This document shows positions 14,383 to 21,845 of a stretch of DNA of 54,836 bases, piece after piece (the stretch's first letter is position 1; every line of letters begins with the position of its first letter). The notes below the pieces were generated by a model that searched no databases, was not told where the DNA came from, and saw only the letters and a list, made by a program, of their open reading frames with translations. This DNA comes from Candidatus Nezhaarchaeales archaeon. Lineage in GTDB: Archaea; Thermoproteota; Methanomethylicia; Nezhaarchaeales; B40-G2. Location of the stretch: the NCBI GenBank assembly GCA_038894875.1, contig JAWAOK010000001.1:1-54836 (forward strand). Reading direction: 5' to 3'. A program made the translations under genes and the position numbers.

Positions 14383-15687
14383 TTGTCAACGAAGCCACAC
14401 CTAAACTTAGTAGTTATAGGTCACGTAGACCACGGCAAGTCAACGCTAACTGGACACTTGCTACTACTAACTGGACATGTGGATGACAGGAAGCTGAAGG
14501 AGCTTGAGGAGCTTGCTAAGAAGAGCGGTAAGGAGTTTGCCAAGTATGCATGGATTCTCGATACATATAAGGAGGAGAGGGAGAGAGACATGACCATAGA
14601 CCTCTCGTTCTTCAAGTTTGAGACGAAGAAGAACTTCTTCACGCTAATCGACTGTCCAGGGCATAGGGACTTTGTTAAGAATATGATCACGGGGGCCTCT
14701 CAAGCGGACTGTGCCATTTTAGTTGTCTCAGCTAAGCGTGGAGAGTATGAGGCTGGCGTCGGGCCCGCCGGGCAAACTCGCGAGCACGCCTTCCTAGCTA
14801 AGACGATGGGCATCAATCAACTAGTTGTTGCTATTAATAAGATGGACGACCCAACCGTCAACTGGAGCGAAGAAAGGTTTAAAGAGGTTAGGGATGGCGT
14901 GCTAAAGCTGCTTAGAACCATTGGTTATGATATATCTAAGATAAATGTAGTTCCGGTCTCAGCGTGGTATGGAGACAATCTTATCGAGAGGAGCAAGAAC
15001 ACGCCGTGGTACAAGGGCCCAACCTTAGTAGACGCTTTAGACGCCTTTGAGCCCCCTCCTAAGCCAATCGACAAGCCCCTAAGACTGCCAGTTCAAGACG
15101 TATACTCTATTACTGGTGTGGGCACCGTGCCGGTGGGCAGGGTAGAGACGGGAGTGCTTAAGGTAGGCGATGTAGTCGTATTTATGCCATCCAATAAGAG
15201 GGGGGAAGTTAAGTCCATAGAGACTCACCACGTTAGGATTGAGAGGGCTGAGCCTGGCGACAATATAGGCTTCAACGTCAAGGGACTAGCTAGGACAGAC
15301 ATTAGGAGAGGGGACGTAGCTGGACCGCCAGATAAGCCCCCTACCGTGACTCAGGAGTTCATAGGGAGGATTTTCGTGATCTATCACCCGACTTCCATAG
15401 CTGTAGGGTACACGCCAGTACTACATATTCACACTGCCACTGTAGCCTGTAGGTTCGATGAAATATTGCAAAAAATTGACCCTAGGACTGGCAGTGTTGT
15501 AGAGGAGAAGCCCAGCTTCATTAAGCAAGGAGACAGTGCCGTAGTGAGGTTTAAGCCCATTAGGCCTACCGTAGTTGAGAAGTACTCCGAGTTTCCGGCG
15601 TTAGGTAGGTTCGCAATAAGGGACATGGGCAGAACCATTGCCGCTGGAGTAGTAATCGACGTAACTCCCTTGAAATTGGAGAAATGA
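14383..15687 (+). CDS. tuf: Translation elongation factor 1-alpha (aEF-1A)
   Basis: Contains KPHLNLVVIGHVDHGKST, DCPGHRDF and NKMD. The start is TTG. Confidence 0.97.
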   Translation: MSTKPHLNLVVIGHVDHGKSTLTGHLLLLTGHVDDRKLKELEELAKKSGKEFAKYAWILDTYKEERERDMTIDLSFFKFETKKNFFTLIDCPGHRDFVKNMITGASQADCAILVVSAKRGEYEAGVGPAGQTREHAFLAKTMGINQLVVAINKMDDPTVNWSEERFKEVRDGVLKLLRTIGYDISKINVVPVSAWYGDNLIERSKNTPWYKGPTLVDALDAFEPPPKPIDKPLRLPVQDVYSITGVGTVPVGRVETGVLKVGDVVVFMPSNKRGEVKSIETHHVRIERAEPGDNIGFNVKGLARTDIRRGDVAGPPDKPPTVTQEFIGRIFVIYHPTSIAVGYTPVLHIHTATVACRFDEILQKIDPRTGSVVEEKPSFIKQGDSAVVRFKPIRPTVVEKYSEFPALGRFAIRDMGRTIAAGVVIDVTPLKLEK

Positions 15688-15689
15688 GC

Positions 15690-15695
15690 TTTTTT
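15690..15695 (+). terminator. Oligo-T tract (T6) 3 nt after the tuf stop
   Basis: The sequence tgagcttttttcc is an archaeal-type oligo-T termination or pause signal. S10 follows 54 nt later, so it may only attenuate transcription. Confidence 0.3.
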
Positions 15696-15748
15696 CCTTC
15701 AACTCTTAGGATAACAGCAGTAATGCCGCAAAGACTGGGCTGAGAGAG

Positions 15749-16057
15749 ATGGTGAAGAGGGCCAGGATAAGGGTGTCGAGTCCGAATCTCAAGGACCTCC
15801 AAGAAGTGTGTACTGAAATAGTTAATATAGCTAAAAAGACGGGGGTCCGCGTAAGGGGACCCATACCTCTACCTACTAAGAGGCTTGTGGTCCCAGTGAG
15901 AAAGGCTCCCTCGGGTGAGGGGACACATACTTTTGACCACTATGAGCTCAGGATTCATAAGAGAATCATTGATATTGATGCCGAAGAAAGGACCCTCAGG
16001 TCGTTAATGAGAATTAGGATGCCCGAAACTATGCATATAGAAATAGAGCTTGTTTAG
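15749..16057 (+). CDS. rps10: 30S ribosomal protein S10 (uS10)
   Basis: Contains ARIRVSS...[15 protein letters not shown] and [15 protein letters not shown]. Confidence 0.95.
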   Translation: MVKRARIRVSSPNLKDLQEVCTEIVNIAKKTGVRVRGPIPLPTKRLVVPVRKAPSGEGTHTFDHYELRIHKRIIDIDAEERTLRSLMRIRMPETMHIEIELV

Positions 16058-16067
16058 ATCGAATTCC

Positions 16068-16226
16068 TTAAGCGCCCTTCACCTGGATCTTAACCCCCTT
16101 AACGTTAAGTTGGCTAGAGCAGTTGGGGCACTTCCCATTGTACTTCCTAACTACGTCCTTAGGGGTCACTAATTCTACCCCTTCATGAAGCACGTATCCG
16201 CATCGACTACACTTCACTATCTCCAA
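16068..16226 (-). CDS. Small Cys4 zinc-ribbon protein (52 aa), absent from the ORF track
   Basis: Hand translation gives (M)EIVKCSRCGYVLHEGVELVTPKDVVRKYNGKCPNCSSQLNVKGVKIQVKGA with a CxxC-x24-CxxC pattern. An in-frame TAA at 16245-16247 bounds it. The start is TTG at 16226, with an alternative GTG at 16217. An A/T box (gataaaaaataac on the minus strand) sits about 35-45 nt upstream. Confidence 0.45.
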   Translation of the reverse strand: MEIVKCSRCGYVLHEGVELVTPKDVVRKYNGKCPNCSSQLNVKGVKIQVKGA

Positions 16227-16255
16227 CTCAGCCCTTGGGACTACTTAGGGGGGCT

Positions 16256-16270
16256 TAGTTATTTTTTATC
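16256..16270 (-). promoter_or_regulatory. TATA-like A/T tract upstream of the zinc-ribbon microgene
   Basis: The plus strand reads ttagttattttttatc and the minus strand reads GATAAAAAATAACTAA. It sits 30-44 nt upstream of the TTG at 16226. Confidence 0.35.
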
Positions 16271-16325
16271 TCTCGTAAAGCATTAATAGGACTGACGAGA
16301 GCGATGCGGGGGGCTTAAGGGTAAG

Positions 16326-16733
16326 ATGGCATACTTTAAGAGGCGCCTAAGGAGTCTGAGGGGCATTTTCGGCCAAGCGATAGCAATAATGGCCATGCTA
16401 CTAGCTGCCTCCATCTTTGGGGGCATTTTCTTCTGCCTCTTTGAGTGGGAGAGGGTTTCGAGGGTTTCCGCTCAGGTCTCCGCCTTGGGAAAGCTCTTTG
16501 CCTTTGAAATAGGGCTAAGCCCGTTGTCGCACCAGACCTTCAATGAGGCCTTCTTTGTGTCATTCTCCTTAATTTCAATAGCCGGCGGGCTCATATTATT
16601 GTACGAAAGCGCTTCTAAGCCGCGTGAGAGTAAGGACGCGCTTACGATAACAATCGTTGGGCTGCTCCTATTGTTAGGTGGCTCTATCTGCCTCGGATGG
16701 CTCGTACACAGAATATTTTCGCTTCTTTATTAA
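16326..16733 (+). CDS. Hypothetical membrane protein (about 3 predicted TM segments)
   Basis: Hydrophobic stretches AIAIMAMLLAASIFGGIFFCLF, FFVSFSLISIAGGLILLY and LTITIVGLLLLLGGSICLGWLV. A TATA-like aaagcattaatagg sits about 40 nt upstream. No family recognised. Confidence 0.5.
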   Translation: MAYFKRRLRSLRGIFGQAIAIMAMLLAASIFGGIFFCLFEWERVSRVSAQVSALGKLFAFEIGLSPLSHQTFNEAFFVSFSLISIAGGLILLYESASKPRESKDALTITIVGLLLLLGGSICLGWLVHRIFSLLY

Positions 16734-16735
16734 GA

Positions 16736-17230
16736 TCAGTAGGGCCTATCCTTAAGCCCCAGGTAGTAAGCTACAACATTACTTGCGAGGTGAATGGGGG
16801 GCGTAATCGAGATTAATAAGACTATCTCATGGAAACTTAAAGTATAGCCAAGGAGGGCTCCCAAGGACAACGCCCCGGCCAAAAAGTCAAGCTGATCTAC
16901 AAGAGGCAGCGGTTGGCCCGGCATTAGTCCTAGTCTCCTTTTGGCAAATGAGGCAGCCAAGTCGCCCAGCATGGACCCCGTACTTAAAATTAGACCCCTT
17001 AGGAAGTCGCCTAAAATGAGCCCCACAGCCGTGCCCGTCGCGATGCCAGCTAACAATCCCTCCCAGCTTTTGCTATCTCCAAAAAGCCTAGTTCCATCAG
17101 GTAGAGTCAGCCCAAAGTCAATTGGGTGCCTAACCCTGAACAGCGACAGGAAGAGGAGGGGGGCTGCGTTAGCTACGTAAGCAGGAGCGATGAAAAGGAG
17201 GGCCGAGGCTGCTGCATCGAGGAAGTTCAT
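16736..17230 (-). CDS. carS: CDP-archaeol synthase (CarS, DUF46 family)
   Basis: Contains APAYVANAAP...HPIDFG...GDSKSWEGLLAG...GDLAASFAKRRLG...PLVDQLDF, the CarS/DUF46 pattern. Confidence 0.8.
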   Translation of the reverse strand: MNFLDAAASALLFIAPAYVANAAPLLFLSLFRVRHPIDFGLTLPDGTRLFGDSKSWEGLLAGIATGTAVGLILGDFLRGLILSTGSMLGDLAASFAKRRLGLMPGQPLPLVDQLDFLAGALSLGALLGYTLSFHEIVLLISITPPIHLASNVVAYYLGLKDRPY

Positions 17231-17850
17231 GCCACCCTACTCCACGGAGATACTTCAATTACGAGGCCTTCAAGCTTTGATGCGGCGGGGGCCTTAGCCT
17301 TCTCCACAACTAGCCTCCTCCACCCAGGCTTTCCGAGTTTATCGAGCCTCAACACCATATCTGCCCAGTAGCTAATTAGGCTAGAGGCTTCTGGTTCTAA
17401 GTCATCGTTTAGGCTCCTAACTCTGCTAGTTAGGAACACTAAAGCTTCTTTGCTAGCTAAATCGGCTAGCATTGCGAGTTGTTGATTCAGCATCTTGCCT
17501 GCTCTAAGGGGGTCAGAGGACTCCGCAATGAAGACCCTGTAAAGCTCAGTAAAGGTATCAAAGACTAAGAGCTTATGTCCAGCCCCCTTACACCTATATA
17601 GGCTCCTTACTAGCAGGTGCTGCTCTTCGTAATTTCTCAACTTAAATAGAGATATGGGGGGAACGGCCTCGAATAGCTCCCTAACGAGGAGGGGGCTAAG
17701 CTTGCCGCTATAGGCGTATAAGCACCTTTCTCCACGCTTAGCCACATCCTTAATGAGGTGCGTGGCTAAAGTGGTTTTGCCAGCTCCACCACTGCCGTAA
17801 AGCAGCACAATCCCTCTACTCGGTAGCTCTATTGACATAAGTTTGTACAT
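17227..17850 (-). CDS. RecA-superfamily ATPase (RadA paralogue / KaiC-like)
   Basis: Walker A GSGGAGKTT and Walker B-like KLLVFD, at about 200 aa. It shares a 4-nt overlap with carS. Confidence 0.65.
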   Translation of the reverse strand: MYKLMSIELPSRGIVLLYGSGGAGKTTLATHLIKDVAKRGERCLYAYSGKLSPLLVRELFEAVPPISLFKLRNYEEQHLLVRSLYRCKGAGHKLLVFDTFTELYRVFIAESSDPLRAGKMLNQQLAMLADLASKEALVFLTSRVRSLNDDLEPEASSLISYWADMVLRLDKLGKPGWRRLVVEKAKAPAASKLEGLVIEVSPWSRVA

Positions 17851-17922
17851 AGCCGAGATGTTGAACCACCAACATCTTGATATACCCCATATTTAAGTGC
17901 TAGCTAGACCTTAGGTGATGGA

Positions 17923-18519
17923 ATGTCTAAGCGCTTAGCCGTGTGCGCTTCAAATATAGCAGACTGCTTGGCTATCTCAGAAGCCCTTAGAGAGGCTAAC
18001 ATTCCTTTCAATCTCCTAGAGCCAGACGATCCATGCTTAAATGCGGTAGATGTCATAGTGACGACTAGGGAGGAGGCTGAGAAGTTTAAGGGGCTGGAGG
18101 GGGTAAAGGTAGTTGAGGCAGAGGCATGTAGGGCCTCCACGATAGCTAAGGTGACCCTCGCCCTTCAAGGGAGGGCGAAGTTTAAGGAGCTCCTTATAGG
18201 CGTAGACCCAGGGCGCAGCTACGGTTTAGCTTTCATAGCAGATTCCATTATCTTGGGCTTAAGTGTACACCGTGAGGCAGAGAGGGTAGTGAGAGAGATA
18301 AAAGAGGTCGTGAAGACCGGGCTCTTTGAAAAAGTCGTTATTAAAGTAGGTGACGGCTCCCCCGAGCACAGAGATAGAGTCCTATCATTAGTAAAGGAAC
18401 AGCTAAGAGGCGTTGAGGTTAAGCTAGTAAGCGAGGAGGGTTCTTCCTTACCGGCTCCATTCATTAAGAGAGCACCCAGAGATGCGGTCTCTGCATTTTA
18501 CTTAGCCTTAAGGAATTGA
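17923..18519 (+). CDS. Uncharacterised protein; the C-terminal half has RNase H-fold (YqgF/RuvX/RuvC-like) nuclease-type motifs
   Basis: Ordered motifs LLIGVDPG-x5-GLAFI, VVIKVGDG, VKLVSEEGSS and RDAVSAFYLAL resemble the GxDxG, vvvGxP, DErxTs and DxxAAxxIL motifs of YqgF. The function is inferred from memory of the motifs only. Confidence 0.45.
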   Translation: MSKRLAVCASNIADCLAISEALREANIPFNLLEPDDPCLNAVDVIVTTREEAEKFKGLEGVKVVEAEACRASTIAKVTLALQGRAKFKELLIGVDPGRSYGLAFIADSIILGLSVHREAERVVREIKEVVKTGLFEKVVIKVGDGSPEHRDRVLSLVKEQLRGVEVKLVSEEGSSLPAPFIKRAPRDAVSAFYLALRN

Positions 18520-18535
18520 GGCGGGGGCAGGTATA

Positions 18536-19840
18536 TTGATGAAGATGAATAGGTTGCACCTCCCTAAGAACACTTACTATGAGGTAAAGGGGCCCGTCTC
18601 AATTAAGCTAGTCGAGGGCCTGCTGAGCGTGCTAAATAAACCGGTAAGGCCGAGAGACGTGCTAACCATACCTAGGTCAAAGACCCTCCCAGTCGAGGTG
18701 ATCGAGGATTCTCTCATCGAGGCTAAGCTAGGGGTGGAGGCCGGTATTAGAGAGCTGCCGTCCTCTCCAATTCCGAGGGAGTGGAACTCAGCAGCTGAGA
18801 AAGTGGTTCGGTCCAGCGGCTGGAAGAGGATAGTTGTACTAGGTGACACCGGCAGTGGCAAGACGCACTTTTGCACGTTTCTAGCAAATAAGTTCGTGGA
18901 GGGGTCATTTAGAGTAGGGATCTTAGATTGTGACTTAGACCAAGCAGAGATCTTCATCCCAACTACGATAGCGCTTGGGCTTATAGAGAATTTTGTTACA
19001 GGTATAGACAGAGCTACCTTAGTGAGTTCATTCTTCGTGGGCTCCATTTCCCCCGTCGGTCTTGAGGGACGCGTCGTGGCTGGAGTTAGGGCGCTTTTAG
19101 AGGAGGCCGCTAGGCTAAAGGTAGATGCCCTGATAGTAAACACTGATGGATGGTCCTTAGGCAGGGCCGCGCGTCTACTGAAGCAAGGGCTATTGGCCTC
19201 CATCATGCCCAGTCACTTGATATTGATCCAGCGCGAGACGGAAATGGAGCACATAGCTAGGCCGTACGAAATGGCACATGGGGCGGAGGTTTTGAGGTTG
19301 CCCGTGCCGCCATTTGCGAGATTGAGAAGCAAGGAGGACGAGAAGATTGAGAGGGAGCTGGCCTTTAAGGCATACTTCTCTAAAGCCAGAGCTAGGAAGT
19401 TTTCGCTAAATAACGTTGGGCTGATGTATACTCTATTCACCACTGGCTTCGAGTTAACCAAGGAGAGGTTAAAGGAGGTAGAGGAGGTAGTTGGGCAACA
19501 GGTAGCTTATGGAGAGGAGGGGGCTGATTCGATATTTATTGTGCTCAAGAAAACCCCATCAGCTCAGATTGACGAGCTCGCGGCTCAACTCAGGGAAAGG
19601 CTGAAGAAGAAGGAGGTTCTGATTATGTATCCCGGAGCTGAGCGAGGTATAATTGTAGGCCTCCTCGATAGATCTCAACGTATGCTCGGCCTGGGTTTAA
19701 TAGAAGAGATAGACTATGAGGGGCGTGTGATCAACATAATTACGCCGGTGGAGGGAGAGGTTGGCTTCATTCAGGTAGGTCAATTGAGGTTAGATAGCGA
19801 ATATAGGGGGGTCGCTGAAGTTAATGGATGGCCCTTATAG
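18536..19840 (+). CDS. Clp1/Grc3-family polynucleotide 5'-hydroxyl kinase
   Basis: P-loop VVLGDTGSGKTH, ILDCDLDQAE (the Clp1 DxDxGQ-like motif) and LIVNTDGW, at about 430 aa. An ATG also lies at 18539. Confidence 0.7.
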   Translation: MMKMNRLHLPKNTYYEVKGPVSIKLVEGLLSVLNKPVRPRDVLTIPRSKTLPVEVIEDSLIEAKLGVEAGIRELPSSPIPREWNSAAEKVVRSSGWKRIVVLGDTGSGKTHFCTFLANKFVEGSFRVGILDCDLDQAEIFIPTTIALGLIENFVTGIDRATLVSSFFVGSISPVGLEGRVVAGVRALLEEAARLKVDALIVNTDGWSLGRAARLLKQGLLASIMPSHLILIQRETEMEHIARPYEMAHGAEVLRLPVPPFARLRSKEDEKIERELAFKAYFSKARARKFSLNNVGLMYTLFTTGFELTKERLKEVEEVVGQQVAYGEEGADSIFIVLKKTPSAQIDELAAQLRERLKKKEVLIMYPGAERGIIVGLLDRSQRMLGLGLIEEIDYEGRVINIITPVEGEVGFIQVGQLRLDSEYRGVAEVNGWPL

Positions 19841-20839
19841 CTTAAATGGGGGCTTAAGCAGCCCCCTCTCAGTTATGTAAATGTCTATTAAGTCGGGGGG
19901 AGTGATGTCAAAGGATGGGTTCATAACATCGACGTTGCTTGGAAGAATCTGTTGTCCAGCTATGTACGCTATCTCCTCCCTTCCACGATGCTCAATATAC
20001 ACATCGCTGACTCTGCTTTCTAAGTCGAAGGTGGAAACTGGAGCAGCCACGTAGAAGGGCACGTTAAAGAAGTCAGCCACGATGGCTATGGTTAGGGTCC
20101 CGATCTTGTTCACTACAGACCCGTCACTCAATATACGGTCGGCCCCCACGATGACTTTATTTACGAGACCCTCTTTCATCACGTAGCCCACCATCCCGTC
20201 GGTTATCACTTTGACTGGTATGCCCTCTACCTTTAATTCGAAGGCTGTCAGCCTAGCCCCTTGGAGCTTTGGCCTAGTCTCCGTCGCTATCACGCTTACC
20301 CTCAGCCCCCTCTTGATAGCCTCCCTCACGGGGGCCAGGGCGGTCCCGTAGCGAACAGTAGCTAGAGACCCCGCATTACAATGAGTCAATACTATGTCGC
20401 CGTCCTTGAGCAGCTCCACCCCTACTTTACCTATCTTCTCATTGACCTCAGCGTCCTCCTTAAGTACCCTCAAAGCCTCCTCCAGAGCCCTTTCTCTAAT
20501 CTCGTCCTCTTTAGCAAGCTTTGCCGCTCGAAGCACCCTCTCGATAGCCCATTGAAGGTTTCTGGCAGTGGGCCTAGTGCTTAGTAGCAGCCTAGCAGCC
20601 CTCTCTAAGTGTTCTACTACTTGTTGGGGTGGAGCATGGTAAGCTGCAAGCGCCAAGCCCAAGGCTGCGGCAGCTCCGATAGCTGGAGCCCCCCTAATTG
20701 CCATGGACTTGATTGCCTCAGCCACCTCCTCTACGCTCCTACAGGGCTTAATGACGAATTCTTTGGGTAGCTTATTTTGGTCGATTAAGAAGACTGTGCC
20801 ATCCTCCCACCAAATTGTTTGAAGATTCACGGGTTGCAC
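19835..20839 (-). CDS. mtnA: eIF-2B alpha/beta/delta-family isomerase, methylthioribose-1-phosphate isomerase-like
   Basis: Has the N-terminal IWWEDGTVFLIDQNKLP, then IRGAPAIGAAAA and GADRI. The start is GTG. The exact substrate (MTR-1-P versus ribose-1,5-bisphosphate) is not decidable from sequence alone. Confidence 0.7.
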   Translation of the reverse strand: MQPVNLQTIWWEDGTVFLIDQNKLPKEFVIKPCRSVEEVAEAIKSMAIRGAPAIGAAAALGLALAAYHAPPQQVVEHLERAARLLLSTRPTARNLQWAIERVLRAAKLAKEDEIRERALEEALRVLKEDAEVNEKIGKVGVELLKDGDIVLTHCNAGSLATVRYGTALAPVREAIKRGLRVSVIATETRPKLQGARLTAFELKVEGIPVKVITDGMVGYVMKEGLVNKVIVGADRILSDGSVVNKIGTLTIAIVADFFNVPFYVAAPVSTFDLESRVSDVYIEHRGREEIAYIAGQQILPSNVDVMNPSFDITPPDLIDIYITERGLLKPPFKL

Positions 20840-20860
20840 CCGCGGAGAAGAGGGGCTTTC

Positions 20861-20875
20861 AAAGAAAAAATTATC
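20861..20875. promoter_or_regulatory. A/T box (aaagaaaaaattatc) between divergent mtnA and tRNA-Leu
   Basis: It is the only A/T-rich element in the 63-bp gap. It sits 28-42 nt from the tRNA-Leu 5' end and 22-36 nt from the mtnA GTG. Confidence 0.4.
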
Positions 20876-20902
20876 TCAGGCCCTACCCACTGACTGCTTG
20901 GC

Positions 20903-21016
20903 GCGGGGGTTCCCGAGCCAGGACAAAGGGGCAGGACTTAAGATCTCCCAGCACGAGGCCGGAGAGAGGGTATCCTGTGGCGTAGGCCTTCGTGGGTTCA
21001 AATCCCACCCCCCGCA
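20903..21016 (+). tRNA. tRNA-Leu (anticodon UAA) with a 29-nt intron at 37/38 and a long variable arm
   Basis: Acceptor GCGGGGG/CCCCCGC, T-arm GTGGG-TTCAAAT-CCCAC, anticodon stem CAGGA/TCCTG, loop CT-TAA-G. The anticodon is at 20939-20941. Confidence 0.9.
20943..20971 (+). other. tRNA-Leu intron
   Basis: The sequence atctcccagcacgaggccggagagagggt lies between position 37 (G) and position 38 (A). Confidence 0.75.
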
Positions 21017-21845
21017 CTAATTTGCTGAAATATGTGCATAGTTGAGAATTGGATGGTCTATGTTTATTTGCTTATTTTGGAGATTGTTGGTATTGAGGCG
21101 AACTGAGAGCTCGTGTTCATATTCTCTAGGCTTGTTGTTGAAGACTTTATTTTGTGAAAGTAGTGAGGGGGCACTTGAGTTACGCTAAGCCTATCAAGCG
21201 TTTACACAACGCCAGGGGTAGTTGAGGAGGTTCAGTGAGGAAAATTGGACTTCCGAGGAGGTTCAATCCTTCATCCAAGAGGGCCTTTGGAGATGTGGGG
21301 TAGTTCGACGAGAACATTCACATAGCGGTGCATGCCTTAGTGAGGAGGCTTAGAAGATCAAAAAGAGGTAGTGAAAGGTGGTATGTAAATGGATGTCGAA
21401 GAGCCTCTTAGGAAAATGGAGGGAATGACTGTGGAAAGGTCGATATCCAAAATGGTTAGAGGAGCAAACCGCTGGTAAATGAAAGAAATTAGTCACGAAT
21501 TCGCTCAGCATGCCTGAAAGTATAGACATTTAATTATGATTGCAGCCAGCCGCAGCAGTTTTGGCGATAGAGAAGACGACGAAGCATTACTCACCACTAG
21601 GTTCGCGATTGCGCTAACAATATTTACAACCGCTACTTCGGCGCCTGAACACCTAGCCGGCAGAAATGACGTGAACCCCAAAGATAGCCGACGAGTATAA
21701 GGATGCCGCGGCGCCTAAGATTCTTCTACCTTTCTAAGGGTCGCTGATGCAAGAATGTTGTTTGGGTTTGCAACGGAGCAACCAACGTCAGCCAAATAGT
21801 ACATGTAGTAGGCTAATATAAGGAGAGGTTGAGCGGTATTAAGTG

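Noticed and set aside
18577-19206. A 209-aa minus-strand ORF antisense to the Clp1-like gene.
   Set aside because: It is Ser/Thr/Pro/Ala-rich low-complexity sequence lying entirely inside a well-supported plus-strand gene. This is typical of a shadow ORF in a purine-skewed coding strand.
21017-21440. A replication-origin idea: an A/T-rich stretch followed by elements such as CTGTGGAAAGG and TTCAGTGAGGAAAA, which vaguely resemble the crenarchaeal ORB core (TCCAGTGGAAAC).
   Set aside because: None of the elements has the ORB dyad symmetry or the downstream G-string. No inverted pair flanks an unwinding element. No orc1/cdc6 or whiP gene is nearby. The evidence is insufficient. Marker-frequency analysis or Orc1 ChIP would be needed.
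21230-21480. RNase P RNA-like sequence snippets: GTGAGGAAAATTGGAC (versus CR-I GAGGAAAGUCC), GTGAAAGGTGGTATGTAA (versus GGGUGAAAGGGUGCGGUAAG) and GAGCAAACCGCTGG (versus E. coli M1 GAGCAAACCGCC).
   Set aside because: The snippets occur in the wrong order relative to RNase P RNA. I found no complementary P4 3' strand (ACAGAA..GGCUUA). The region has lower GC than the surrounding genome, whereas structured RNAs here, such as the tRNAs, have GC-rich stems. The matches are most likely chance hits in purine-rich DNA. An Infernal scan would settle it.
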